Translations under genes and position numbers: made by a program
Assembly: GCF_009914755.1 (NCBI RefSeq)
Contig: NC_060928.1
DNA length: 64,000 bases
Source of the DNA: the human T2T-CHM13v2.0 reference genome, Homo sapiens
Reading direction: 5' to 3' (one strand)
Notes under the pieces: model-generated
Told to the model about the DNA's origin: nothing
The model's database searches: none
The model's input: only the letters and a program-made list of their open reading frames with translations
Shown here: positions 26,285-41,417 of the stretch, one piece after another
Layout of the letters: every line of letters begins with the position of its first letter
Position numbering within the stretch: position 1 is the stretch's first letter

Positions 26285-29200
26285 TTAAAAAGAAAAAAAT
26301 CACTAATTGTACCAAGGACCAGGAAGATCTCAAATTGGACACCTGAAGACAGTCAATAGATGCCAACATTGAGAGGATAGGAATGTTAGAATTATCATCT
26401 GAATAAGATTTTTAAAGCAGCTATCATAAGAATGCTTCCATGAGCAATTATGAGCATGCTCAAAACAAATAAAAAATAGAAAGTCTCGGTAAAGAAATAG
26501 AACATACAAAGAACCAAATGGAAATTTAGAACTGAAAAACACAGTAGCCAACAACAACAACAACAACAAACAACGTGCCCAATGGGTAGGCTTAACAGCA
26601 GAATAGACGGGACAGAGGAAAGAATCAGTGAACTTAAAGATCCAACAATAGAAACTATTCAATCTGAAAAATAGAGGGGAAATAAAACAAAAAAAAAAAA
26701 ATGATGAGGGTCTCAAAGACCTATAGAACTATAAATGAAGGTCTAACATTCCTGTTGTTAGTGTTTCAGGAGAGGAGAAAGAGGACAGGGCTGAAAAAGA
26801 CTCAGAAAAATAATGGCTGAAAGTTTCCCAAATTTGGTAAAAGATATAAATCTATAGATTTCAAGAAACTGAGTAAACCTCAAGTAGGACCCCCAAAGAA
26901 ATGTATACTAAGACACATAAAACTCAAATTTCTGAAAGCAAAGCAAAGAAGCTGTGAAAAACCTTGAAAGCAACAAGAGAAAAACAGCACCTTGCCTATA
27001 AGGAAGAACACATTTCAATGAACAGCAGGTTTCTCATCAGAAACCATGGAAAACAGAAGGAATAAAAGGAAAATCATTTCACAGATTAGGAGAAACTAAC
27101 AGAATTTGTCACCAGTAGACCTACCTTAAAAGAACTTCATATAGGAAGTTCTTTAAACAGAAAAATAAGTGATGAAAGAAGGAATCTTGGAACATCAGGA
27201 AAGAAGAAAAGCAAAGGTAAAACAAAATATAGGTAATATAATGAAGTTTTCTTCTTTTGAACTTTCTAAATTATGTTTGACAGTTAAAGCAAAAAGGATA
27301 ACACTCTGACTTGCCTTGAATTGCATGTAAAGGAAATATTTCAGATAAATCTATTATACATGTTGGACAGCAAAGGAACATAAAAGGAGGTAATGGTTTC
27401 ATACTTCACTCAAACTGGTGAACCCAGATATGTAATATAAAGTATATAACCTCTAGAATACATTTAAATTAATAGAATTAATATGACAATCAATAACACA
27501 AAGATACAAGGAAAATCACCAAACACTTGGAAACCAAAACATAATTTCAGGAATATAAAATGAGATGATCACAACAAACCCTGTAGGCTACTATGAATAC
27601 CTCTACGCATAAAAATTTTAAAACTTAAATAAAAAGGACGAATTCCTTAAAAAAAAAAAACTACTAGAACTCACTCAATATGAAATAGACCCCTTGAATA
27701 GCCTCTGTTAAGGAAATTGAGTTTGTAATTTTAAAACTTCCAAGAAATAAATCTCCAAATCCAGATGGTTTCACTGGAAAATTCTACCAAGTGTTTAAAG
27801 AAGAATGAAGACCAGTTCTAAGCAATTGCTTCCAGAAAATAGAAGAGGAGGGAACAGTTCCAAATTCATTTTATGAAGCTAGTATTACCCTAATATTACA
27901 ACCAGACAGAGTAAAAGCAAAAAAAGAGAAAACTGTAGACCAATATCACTCATAACTGTAGACGCAAAAGCCCTTAACAAAATATTAGCAAATAGAAGTC
28001 AGCAATATATTAAAAGAATTACACACAATGACTAAGTGAGGTTTATTCCAAGATGCAAGGCATTTGAAATGCAATAATTAAAAAATAAATCATAATCTAC
28101 CACACTAACAAACTGAAGAAAAGAAATCCCAATTATATCAATCAATGCAGAAAAAGCATTTAATAAAATTTAATACCGTTTCATGATAAAGGCTCTTGGA
28201 CAAATAAGAATAAAGGGGAACTTCCTCAGCTTGATAGAGAATCTATAGAAAGCCTACAGCTAACATTATAGTTAATGGTGAAAGGCTCAATGCTCTTGCC
28301 CTAAGATTAGAAACAAGGTAAGGATATATACTCATCACTCTTATTCAATATAGTACTGGAATTTCTAACCAGTGAAATAAAGCAAGAAAAGGAAATGAAA
28401 GCATATGGATCAGCAAAACTGTCCCTATTTGTAGATGATATGATTGTCACTGTAGAAAATCCAAGCAATCTACGAACTATGTAGAACTAATAAATGAGTT
28501 AAGCAAGATTGCAGGATAAAGATAAACACACAAAAAAATCATTGTATTTCTCTATACTAGTCATCAACACATAGACACCAAAATTTAAAATACAATACCA
28601 TTTACAGTTACACAAAAATGTGAAATACTTGGAGGTTGAATCTAAAAAAAATGTACAGGTCTTCATGTTGAAAATTACAATATGCTGATGAAAAAATTAA
28701 TGGTTTAAATAAATTGCAAGACATACTGTATTAATGGTTCACTGGAAGACTCAACATAGTAAAGGCACCAATTTTTCTTAAATTAATATACAGGTTAATG
28801 CAATTTCTATTAAAATCCCAGCAAGATGTTTTGTAAGTATAAACAAAATTATTCTAAAATGTATACGATAAGGCAAAGGAAACAGAAGAACTAAAACAAT
28901 TTTGAAGAAGAATATGAGAGGACTCAGTCCAACCTCTTTCAAGACATTGTATAGCTACGATAAGTGGAACTGGTGTAGAGATAATCACATAGATAAATAT
29001 AACAGAACAGAAAATCCAGAGATAGTGCATATCAAATTGATTTTTGACAAAGGTGCAAAAGCAATTCAATGGAGGAACGGTAATCTTTTCAACAAATGAA
29101 GCTGGGGCAATTGGACATTCATAGGCAAAGAATAAAAAAGCCTCAGCCTGTCTCACACCTTAGACAAAAATTAATAACTCAAATGGATCACAGACATAGG

Positions 29201-29349
29201 TAAAACAAAAAATTATAAAACTTTTAGAACAAAATAGGAGAAAATCTTTAGGATCTAGCTTCAGGCAGAGTTCTTAAACTTGACACTGAAAGCATGACAC
29301 AGAAAATGAAAAATTGATAAATTGGACTTCATTAAAATTCAAAACTTTG

Positions 29350-29712
29350 TGCAGCCATAAAAAATAATGAGATCATGTCCTTTGCAGGGACATAGAAGAA
29401 GCTGGAAGCCATCATCCTCAGCAAACTAACACGGGAACAAAAAGCCAGACACTGCATGTTCTCACTCATAAGTGGGAGTTGAACAATGAGAACACATGGA
29501 CACAGGGAGGGGGATATCACACACCAGGGCCTGCGGGTGGGTAGGGGGGTAAGGGGAGGGAGAGCATTAGGACAAATACCCAATGCATGCGGGGCTTAAA
29601 ACCTAGATGACGAGTTGATAGGTGCAGCAAACCACCACGGCACATGTGTACTTATGTAACAAAACTGCACTTTCTGTACATGTATCCCGGAACTTAAAGT
29701 TAAAAAAAAAAA
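29350..29712 (+). mobile_element. 5'-truncated L1PA (PA8-like) nested in L1MC
   Basis: ttctcactcataagtgggagttgaacaatgagaacacatggacac...cttaaaacctagatgac...polyA; TSD aaaattcaaaactttg / aaaattcaaaattttg. Confidence 0.9.
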
Positions 29713-30428
29713 ATTCAAAATTTTGCTCTGCAAAAAAATTCTGTTAAGAGAGTGAAAAGACAAACTAGAGACTGGGAGAAAATATTTGCAAACTAGAAAA
29801 CCAACAAAAGATTACTATCTAAAACATAAAATGAACTCTCAAATCCAATAAAAAAATAGTCAAAAGGCATGAGGAGATATTTCACTGAGGAGGATATAAA
29901 TAGATTTTTATGATAAATAAGCACATAAAAAGATGTTCAACATCATATGCCATTAGGAAAATGCAAATTATGACCACAATGAGATTTCACTACATACCTA
30001 TTAGAATGTAGAAAATAAAAAATAGTGACAACACGAAATGCCAAAGAGGATGTGGAGTAATTGGATCACTCACACTGCTGGTGAGAATGAAAATAGTGCA
30101 GCCACTCTGAAAAATGGTCTAGTAGTTTCCTAAAAACCTAAACATGCAATTACCATATGACCCAGCAATTGTACTTCTGGGCATTTATCCCAGAGAAATG
30201 AAAATGTGTTCACCTAAAAACCTTTTTGAATGTGTATAGCAGCTTTGTTTGTAAAACCCCCAAACTGTAAGTTACTCAGATGTCCTTCAACAGGTAAATG
30301 GTTTAACAAATTGTGGTACATGCATACCATGGAACGCCACTTAGGAATAAAAAGGAGCAAACTACTAACAGATACAACCAGCTGTAAAAATCTCCAGGGA
30401 ACTATGCTGAATAAAAACAGCCAACGGC

Positions 30429-30952
<524 letters not shown>

Positions 30953-33469
30953 TTATCTGTATTAATGTCAATATCCTGGCTATGATATTATACTGTAGTT
31001 TGGCAATACGTTACCATTGGGGGAAACTGGGTAAAAGGTACACAGGATCTCTCTGTATTATTTTGTACAATTGCACATGAATCTACAAATACCTCAAAGT
31101 TTAGTTTAAAAAAAACGTAAATATCATATATGCATGCAATGTAAGCAGCAAAAATTCTGCAGGGCCACATAGCCAGCTTCAACACAGATTACCTCTGCAG
31201 AGGTAGACAAGTAGCTCTGAAGATTAGGTGGGGTTGATGAGAGGATTCTTTCTTTTCATTTTATTCCCTTACGAATCTTGTCTAAATAAATTTCTTAACA
31301 TGAGTATGTATTACTATTATAATAAAAAGGAAACAAGTTAATAGGATTTAAACATAAACCATATTAATTTCTCATTATTTAAACAGGATCTTTTCTGCAA
31401 TTTCCCGTGTACAAAAAAGTTTCTTGGCAAAACAGCCCTAGTATTTAGTAAATATATTAAGTCTTTTACAGGAGGAAAATCCTTAACTTAGTCTTTCTAA
31501 GGAGAAACTCACTCCAAAACCTTTAGCTCACAGGATCTACCCATTATAAAATACACTTTTATTCTACAAAGTGCTTCTCAGATATTTCAACCAATCTCTG
31601 ACACAAAGTACCAAAGGTGATTTAATATATGTCAGGGTCCCTTCTCTTGTTCACTAATGGGAGGGGAGGGTATAATATACACACCAAGATTCCCACACTC
31701 TTCAGCGGCAAAGAACAGGTGCCCAGCTGTCCCTGCAAAAACCCTGGCCATTAAGAACACCCCAGTTAAGGAACAGCAAAGGAAGCTGGTGCTATCATCC
31801 TGGTCCCAGGTAACCAAGAGACTGACTGTTCTTCTCATAAGAAACATTGTACCTGCTCCTGCCCTATGCGAGGCCAAGCCCTGTTGGGTATAGGTGATGT
31901 GGCCAAATGCATACAACTTCATTTATCAAGGGAAGCTGCATCATATTCTGTCTTTACACATTAGATCACTAAGTACAACTTTCTGTCATGATTCTCCATT
32001 CAAGTCACAGCTTTGGGACAAAATGTGAGGGCAGAATTTGATTCATTGTTCATGTTCACAGCAATAGGTTTGGAGTTTCCACATCTTCTGAATATTTGTA
32101 GGAAAGCTCAAGTACAAATATTGTTGGGATGCTCAAGAAAACATCTTTAAGTGAACAGAAACAGACTGTCTCCTATTGAAATTCCTTAAAGCCACAAGTA
32201 TTTTATTTTAATATGCTTCTTCCCCACAGATTTGGAATTTGGTAGCTGAATACCCAAGTGTAGGCAATGACTAAAAAGCTGACCCTGGAAAACTTGGGCA
32301 TCATTAAATTATAGGGCATCATTAAACGATACTTTGAATAATGACAATGACATGTCTTAGGCTGTGATGTCATCCTCTTTACCCAGGAGAAATGAGGAAC
32401 TAGATTAAATCAAGAATATTCTCTGATTGCTTTATTCCAACTAATCTCAAATAGTCAAAGTTACCAGTTACTGAGTATCAACTCTGTCCTGGCACTTTAC
32501 TAGTTCCTAATTTCCCGAACCATGTAAGGCAAGTGTCATGGGAGGTCTAAAGAGGAAGAAACGGTGACTCAGAAAATTGAAATAACTTGTCCAAGATTAT
32601 GCAAAGGGTAAGGCAAAGTCAGGTTTGAGCTCAGGTCAGCTGATGCCAGAGCCCACCTTCCTCATGTTCTCTGATGCCACCCCTCTTACCAACATAGTAA
32701 GCTTTAAGAGATTTGTGATGATGTCAATGATATAATATGTCACCTAGATCCTTCACTCTTTCCTCAGCTAGGAATGTAACCAACCCAAAAATTTCCTGAA
32801 AGTGGAAAACCCTGACTCCTATTTTTCACCATTTTGGTGGACAGCCTTTGGCTATGCTTTACCCACGAAAACACACATAGAGCATTTGACAAGTCTTAGA
32901 GCATTTGATCTGAAAAAAGCTCTGTAGAGAATCAGTTTCTTGGCAGAAACAGGCCTGGTAAAAAAAAAACTTGTAAACCTAATACGATGCTTATCTTGCA
33001 AGGTTTTGGTAAGAAACTAAAGTTGGAAAGGTAAATGCTACACTAAAGACCCTGCAGCCAGCTAATGGTAAAAAAGATATACACTCAGACACAGCAACCC
33101 CAAACACCAAGTGGGATGGTAATTAAATATACTGCTGAGGAGGAATCCCTGCATAGAATAATGTTCAATGACAACTTCAACCACCAGGTCCTTCCTGATA
33201 CCTCTGTGCAATATACCTTCTTCAATTTGAATACTCTGTTACTCATGCTTTACAATTTAGCAAACCCTCTCGTACACACAGTCTTCCTTGTTACAGTAGA
33301 CACTGCTATTAACTAGACAGAGTGAATGGTATTTCCTTTTACACAAAAGGAAACTGAGGTTCATGAAATTCAGTGATTTGCCTGAGGTAACAGAGCTAGC
33401 AAACAGAACTACGCCCCAAATTTATCTCTTTCTGTAATGCTAAGCTGCAAAGTAGTAATTATTGAGGTT

Positions 33470-34045
33470 GCCTGTTCTTCCTAATATTTGATTATGAAAA
33501 CTTCCTAAAATTTATTTAAAATTAACATGTTCCTTATCATAGAAATAATACATGTTTACGGTAGAAAATCTAAAAGGTATAATAAGGCAAAATAAAAGGC
33601 GCATCTGATCTCACTACCCGAAGATATCATCATTGTTAAAATTTTGTGTAAATTCTTCCAGTCTTTTATCCATGCCTATATATGCTAAAATAACAGAGCA
33701 AAGACAAAATGCGGTCATGATGTATATGCTCTTTTAAGGTCATTTTCTCTCCTTAGCATTATACGGCAAACACTTTTCCGTGTACTTCAATATTCTTTTA
33801 TGACATATTCAAGGAGGACATCATATTCTATTGCATTAATGTATCATAGCTTTATGCAGCCAATATCCTATTGTAAGGCAATATGTTGTTTTCAGTTTTT
33901 GTTCAATTGTAAGCATTGCTGTGGTTAACATCCTTATAGCTAAATTTTTGCATACATCCATGATAATTTTCTTCAAATAAATTCCCAGAACTGGAATTTC
34001 TTGGTCAAAGATCTTGCAAAATATTAAAGCATTTAAGATATATTT
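33470..34045 (-). mobile_element. L1ME-like 3' fragment
   Basis: Degenerate antisense L1 3' sequence (aacatccttatagctaaatttttgc...aaataaattcccagaactggaattt). Confidence 0.55.
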
Positions 34046-34306
34046 GTGTAGTCCAAATTAAAATTTAAGTTTGCATTTGGCATGGGATTTGCTTTAGCAA
34101 ATTTTTATACCATCTCTGAACTTTCACTAATTGCAATGTCTGTGGACTTTAATGGTAATCTTCTGAGCCAGATGATAAAACATTCACAAGATTGTTCCTA
34201 TCGTTTTACTCTGTAGTGAGTACTTTAAAGAATTCACATTTACAGAAGAAGAAAATCAGAACTGAGGTGCACAAAGCTACATTGTGAGATGTGTGAGATG
34301 TACTGT

Positions 34307-34893
34307 TGTGGACAGACCCTAGGTGGCCCCCCTTCCCCCATGATCCCTGCCCTCTACTGTTTATGCCTTTGTGTAATCTCCTCCCCTTGAGTGCAGGTGG
34401 ATCCTGGGACTTGATCCTAACCAATAGAACAGGGCAAAGGTGATGGGATGTCAAGCGTGTGATTAAGTTATGTTATAGAAGACTCCCTTTTAGCTGACTG
34501 GAGCTAGAGACTGTCCTTGTGGGCTTAATGAAGTAAGTGACTATATTGGAGAAGCCTACATGGCTAAGAAATGCAGGCAGCTCTAAGCCCTAAAGGTAGC
34601 CTCCAGCTGACAACCAGCAAGAGCTGTGCCCTGAGTCACACAGCTCACAGAACACAAGGAAATGTGTTCTACCAACAGCTTGAGTGAGTCTTGAGGTGGA
34701 TTTTTCCCCAGTCAAGTCTCTAGATAAAAATGCAGCTTGGCCAAAACCTTGATTGCATCCTTTTGATATCCTGAACAAGAACCCAGTTAGGTAGTATCCA
34801 GACTCCTGACCCATGGAAACTGCAGGTAAATGTATATTGTTTAAATTGGCTAAATTTGTGGTTATTTGTTATGCACCAACAGATAACGAATCC
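34307..34893 (+). mobile_element. MLT1E-like MaLR solo LTR
   Basis: tgtggacagaccctaggtggcccc...ctaaccaatagaa...aaatttgtggttatttgttatgca...gataacgaatcca. Confidence 0.8.
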
Positions 34894-34999
34894 ACCTACC
34901 TGCCCTGAAACCAGTGAGCTTGCATGACTTTGACTTTTACCTCTTCAGCCTATTATCACCCCGGTCTTGCATCCCCTTCAAAGTAGCCCTCCACCCACA

Positions 35000-35475
35000 A
35001 AGTGCAGTATTATCTATATGGGCTGATCCTTGGTGAGTTAACCCTTAGATCCATGCCCCATCCTTCCCAGCTGCTCTCCTATACTGGAGGGGGCTGACTC
35101 CTGCAGGAGGCATTTCCAGGCTCCTGCTTCCAGCTGAGGGTGGAAGATGAAACCTCTCTCTCCCTAAGCTCTCTGCCTTTGGTTGTGGCTGTGTATTCTT
35201 GATGGCTCCTGCCCCCACAGGACAGGCCTTCTGTGGTTCCACCCTTTGTCAGGTTGCCTCAGCTCTTGGGAGAAACTTCCACCTCCTCTCTTTGTCTCTC
35301 CAGTCTAGGCGTGGTCGTGGCTCCCATTTGTGGCTAATTTCTGGTTTACCTCTCTTTTCTTCTATTTGGCTTCTTCGGTCCTCTGACACCTATGGAACCA
35401 ACTCTCTGCATTAAATTCCCTTTGCTGTAAGCACTTAAAGCGGTTTCTACTTTCTATCAAGACTCCGGGTGACGC
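35000..35475 (+). mobile_element. ERVL-type LTR (LTR33-like)
   Basis: gggggctgactcctgcagga.gcatttccaggctcc and cattaaattccct...ggtttct resemble LTR33 as recalled. Confidence 0.4.
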
Positions 35476-35834
35476 ACACCCCACATTCTAGAGCCTGCAC
35501 CTCATTCTGCTCTGTACCGGGAGCAGCAGCATAGTACCTGGGTAATGTCAGTGCCAAACGGCACTGAGTGTGTTATATAAACAAATGATGGCTCTAGCAG
35601 TGCTTTCTGTTTAGGGGTTCTGCCAGGTGTCAGGGAAACAACAGTGAGTGGAACTGGGCCCCCATCCTTGGGGGTGCACAATCCAGGGGCAGGGAACAGA
35701 CATATAAACAAATAATTAGATCAATGTGATAACAATTACAAGAGAAGTATATTCAAAGTGGAATGGAAGAAGAGTTGGAAGAAGCCCCAGGGTGGTGGAG
35801 GTGGTAATTGGTAGGGCAGAGAAAGAGTGTTCCT

Positions 35835-35995
35835 AATTAGCTAGGCATGGTGGGGTGAGCCTGTGGTCCCAGCTACTCAGGAGGCTGAGGTGGGAAGATC
35901 ACTTGAGCCTGGGAAGTCAAGACTGAAGTGAGCCATGACTGCACCACTTCACTCCAGCTTGGGTGACAGAGCAAGACCCCATGTGAAAAAAAAAA
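35835..35995 (+). mobile_element. Alu right monomer (5'-truncated AluJ/FRAM)
   Basis: Single right arm with A tail; TSD agtgttccta on both sides. Confidence 0.9.
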
Positions 35996-37539
35996 GTGTT
36001 CCTATCAGAGGAAACAGCCTGAGCAAAAGCATGATGTCCTGGAAGAGCATAGTAGGTTCTCTTATAAGTGGGAGTAGTCACAGTGAGGTTTGCTTTTACT
36101 CAGCAACAAATTCATTTCAAAAATATCATGTAGAATTCTACCAGTCTACATGTACAGGTCAGGGCACTTTTCAGCTGCTACAGAAGGAAGTAATCTCATT
36201 TTGCCAGCCCATGGCTTTTTCTCCTTTCTTCATACCCTTCTTGCTAAAATATCTTCAGGACTAAAGCTCAATTGAATGACAGCCCCTCTGGCACTCAGCA
36301 GCCTCTCCTGGAGAGGTCTCTAAAGGCTGCAAGGGCAGGCAGTATGATAGGGTAGAAATAGAGCAGAGAGTATGGCCAAGCTATGGGCTAACAAGATGAA
36401 TTTGGGTAGACAGCCAGGTCCATCACTTATTAGCTGTGTGATTTTGGGCAAATTTCTTTACCTGTCTAGCCTCCTTTTGTGTGGATATAAAACCTACCCA
36501 GGGGAGCAGGGAAATTATCTTGTAAAGCATATTTTTACCACTGACTAAGTGCTAAGCACTGTGCTAGAGTTTATTATGCATTATCTCACTTAATCCTTAA
36601 ATAAGTCTATGAATGGGTGACTACTATTATTTCCAATTTAGAGATTTTAAACATTGAGGCTCAGAGGGGTTAAACAATGTGTCCAAAGTCACACAGCAAT
36701 TGATGGGCAGAAACTTGAAAGTCCCTGCCCCTATTGTTACTTGAATACTGCCCCATGGCAAAGCATCAGGCCCGGTGTGAGGCTTGAATTAGCAGCTCAA
36801 TAAATTTATGTTCTCTCCCTTCCCACTTTCAGAGACAAGGAAGCTGAGTTACTTTCTCCAGGCCTGATAGCACTATCCACAAGCACTAGAAACAAAATAA
36901 GAATGACAAAGAGCAAGCTACCAACTATATTATTTGCCAACAAGTTCTGAGCTTTGGAGATGAGGGTTTTTAGGGTACGAGGTACCAAAACTTCTGAAGC
37001 CAAAAGAAAGCCAAAGAATCCCAATTCCTGAGCAAACTCACATCCCCATTAAAGACAAAGGTGAGAAACAGTAACTCACTGTGCAACACCATTCTATGAA
37101 ATTCTCATCCCAGGAGAAAGAAGTTATTGTGTATATTTTATAGATGTTGACCTGAGGGCTTAACTAACTTGTTCATGTCACTGGGAAGTGTCAGAACTGA
37201 GCATGGGGACCCAGAATGAGGAAAGGCGGGGCCCTGGGCTCCTCTGCAGTTGCCATTATCATCTTCTGCTCCCCTCACTCTCTGAGCTCCTGCAAGTAAG
37301 ACCTGTGTTCAGCAGTGCAGCCTGAGGGACTGGCAGGCCTGAGTAGAATCCCAGTGAAGTGTCCTCAACTTCAAACCCTTCCCTGAGGGCTCAGGGTGTG
37401 GTGCTTTGGCAGCCTTTCTTTCTTCCTGCACTAGGATTTAGCTCTCAGAGAAAGGGGTGGGGGGAGGGGACACAGCCAGCTGCATGGGGATCAAAGACGT
37501 AAGGGCCTGGCCTGTCTGCACAAGTGCTTGTCAGCCAAG

Positions 37540-38472
37540 CATGCACACACACTACACACACACTCTACATGCATACATATCACGTTTAACATACACTCAA
37601 GCATGCCACATGTAACACACCACACACATTCACACACCACATATAACACACACACTGTGCATATATTCACATATGCCACATATGACACTTGCCTTCATAC
37701 ACACCATATGTGACACACACACCACACACACACCCCACACTCATACATATCCCATATAGCACACACTCAAACATGCCACATATAACATACACACCACACA
37801 CTCATGCACACCACATATAACTCACACAACACGCCTCATACCCTCACATTATACATGTACACCCCACACATAAATATACCACACATACACCAAATATCAC
37901 ACAGAGCAAACACACTACAGCATACACACAATACCTCACACCACTTATTGAATATGCACATACAACACACATATATGCACCACATACACCGCGTTTTACA
38001 TGGCTACATGTAACACACACTACAGAGCATTCATATCACTTTACAACCTTGTATCTCACATGCCACACACATACATGCTCAGTGCACCTATATACAGCAC
38101 ATACACACCACACATCCACATACCACATATTACCTCACACTGTCACATAGTACGCACAGAGCCCATTCACATTTATGTACCACATACACACCACACGTAA
38201 ACATACAGGCTCCACAAATGTGATAGTACACATATACCACACCTCATGCTCTTGTATGACACATATTTGCATACCACACCATTTCACACATCACAGATAG
38301 ACACACATACCACAACACCCCACACAGACACACGCTACAGACACCACACCTCACACTCTTGCATTACACACACACATACACCTTCCCACGGTCACACACC
38401 ACAGATGGACACTCATACCATACACACTCCTTCATCACATCACATACAGCATACATAGACCATACACACACA
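37540..38472. repeat. ~930-bp degenerate CA/CATA low-complexity tract
   Basis: Continuous imperfect cacacacat/acatac motifs with very few G on the + strand. Confidence 0.92.
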
Positions 38473-41008
38473 CGGCTTTCAATTCATTCACATCTAGGCT
38501 GCAGCTCCAACCCAAGAGTACCCAGTCATTGTGAGGAAAAGCCACAGACAGCCCCCCGAGGGGTTCTTTCTCTCTTCCTGGCATCATTATAGCCTCGTTG
38601 CTGGATAAATTAATTACAGAGTTGGAGAGACAGAAATCCAACTCCCACCCACCATCCCCCTGAAGTATCAACATTGTGGATCTATTTATGAACTTCCAAA
38701 TCTGGAAGGTGTGACGCGCTTTGTCACTGTGCGGCCAGCACTCTGGCAGCAGCCGGAGTCTGGCTCTTTTATGTGGTGAGAAGTTATGCCTCTCTGCTCT
38801 ACCCTTCTCCCCAGCATTCACCTGGAGTGTGTCACGATGGAGGGAACAAACGTGTGTAATGCCTGAGTCTGGAACGCGCCCAGCTATGGGGCTGCTGGAG
38901 ACCTCGGTGTGGGAAGGGAAGTGGAGTTCACTCAGGCGGACAGAGAAGAATTCTTCTTGTGGCCTTAGCTTGCTCTTTGGTTAGAGGAGGGGATTTTGCC
39001 TGCCCACGAACCAGGGGATCCAGAGATGATTGTAACCCTGTTGTCCAGTCTTCCTTGATGATTATCAGAATTGTTTAGTCTTTGCAATTATGTGGAATGG
39101 AGAAGGCCATCCCGACAGTGGCGTTGTCTTATTTGATTAATATTGTCTATGTATTCAAGATACGTGCCTTATTCAATTTGGAGGGCTCCTTCATTCAGCA
39201 AGGCTGTGCCTGGAGGTATTTCATCTTCACTGGAAGGCCATGTATAAACTATATAAACTGGTGCTCTAGTAAACCTAACTGTCTCCGCAGCAGGTTAGAT
39301 GTGAATGAAGTGGGTGGGGCAGAGAGGCTGTCATCCCAAGCCACAGCCAGGAAGGTGCCTCAGGAGGTGCGAGACAAGGGCCTCTCCCGGGGAGACGCCC
39401 CTGGGTTGTGGCTGATGCTGACAGTTTCCATCCAGTGTTTTCCTGGGTGCCGTTACTATGTTTTTTTAGCCAAAACGTTTCTGAGACCTTCCAAATTTCC
39501 CTGAGTCTGATCTCCTGGGAAAGTCAGGAGGGGCAGCAGAGGGAAAGTTCCCCTTTCTCTGTAGCTCTGCAGGCCACACGCTGCCAAAGGCGGCACGATG
39601 TCAGCCAAGGTGGGAGAATGGAGCTGAATGGTGTAGCTATTTGTTGTGTGTGGTTCAGAGCTTCAAAGCCTATTAGCTTTCATTAGGAGCCAAGTCATGA
39701 CACCAACATGATCTACATAATGCTTAATGCAGCAGCTTCCAGATTTGCCCCAAATGTGAAGTGGGTGGTCAGGGCAACCTGTGGGCTGTTGAGGGAAATG
39801 TGAGGTGTGGAAAGAGAGATGCAGGATAGTGAACAGGTAGGAGCATTTTTTTGGCAGGTGGGAGGAAATCAAAAGGAGTGTTTGAGAAATTCTTGGGGCC
39901 TCTTACGATTGCTGTCTAGCAGGGTGGTCTGGGTAACATTCAGGTCTGTAGTGGGGTAGCAGTTTGGTCAGCGACTCCCCTGAGACTAGGTTCCTTGATA
40001 AGCCATGTTCATTTCATTTCAATTCACGTTTTCTCCTAGGCCGCCTCCGCCAGCAGTAATATAAGGTTTCAATCTAATTGCCGGCTACTTGAGATGTGTC
40101 CGTCTTAGACACAGGGAGTTGGGAGGCCCACAGTGAGAAGGCAACTAGATAAGTGTTCCAGTGTGGAGCCAGCCAGATGGCTATTAAATGTCTTGTGAAG
40201 GAGCTGGGCCAGGAACCCGTAGGAGAAGGTTCCTGCCGCACAGCCGGGTCTGTGGTCACATTGCTGAATGTAGCCTCCCAAGAATTGTAGGGTGGGCTGA
40301 ATGCTCCTGCTTCCTGAGGGCGTATATGTACTATGCATCCCCTGATTTCAAGGAAAAACTCAGGAAATACGTGGTCCAAGGAGAAAGGGGCCTCAATGGG
40401 CTTTTTTGTTGTTGTGATTTTGCAAGCAATCCTGAAGTGAATGCCCACAAACTGCCCACACAATATGAATAGCAGCATTCATTTCCCAGGGCAGTGAGGC
40501 CAGAGCCAGGCCTGTTGGGAGATCCTGCCCTCCCTCAGCCTCTGGGTATCTTCAGCTCTGTGGCCACTTTCCCCTGACGCAGGTTTGGGATGGTGCAAGC
40601 CGGAGGGGATTAGCAGATACCAGGAGCTTCTTCCCTCTGATCCCTGCTCTTGGACTGTCTCCTTTCGGTCTTGGACCTTTTGCTTGGCTTCTTCACCTCA
40701 GTTTCTCTATCTATAAAATGGGGATAATGGTGTTTACTTACTTACCTCATGAGTGTTATAGGAATTAATTACTGTTTGTAAAGTACTTTGAAGATGAAAA
40801 GTGTGATGTGACATCATCATTATGATGATGAAATATCTTCCATCGTTACCGGCCAGATTCTGCCAGATTCAAGCAAACATTTCATTTTGGGTTCCAAATG
40901 AGACCTTCACAGCCACACATGCGTGAGTCAGTGCACACACACATGGTCTCACGGAATATCGAGAGGTGGAGAACAACAGAAGCCATTTTCACCTAAGAAA
41001 GCCTTCTT

Positions 41009-41417
<409 letters not shown>

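Noticed and set aside
35548-35567. Hairpin tcagtgcc-aaac-ggcactga
   Set aside because: An isolated 8-bp stem is not enough to call an RNA or terminator.
40812-40830. Inverted repeat catcatcat-t-atgatgatg
   Set aside because: Short simple-repeat palindrome at a MIR end; expected by chance.
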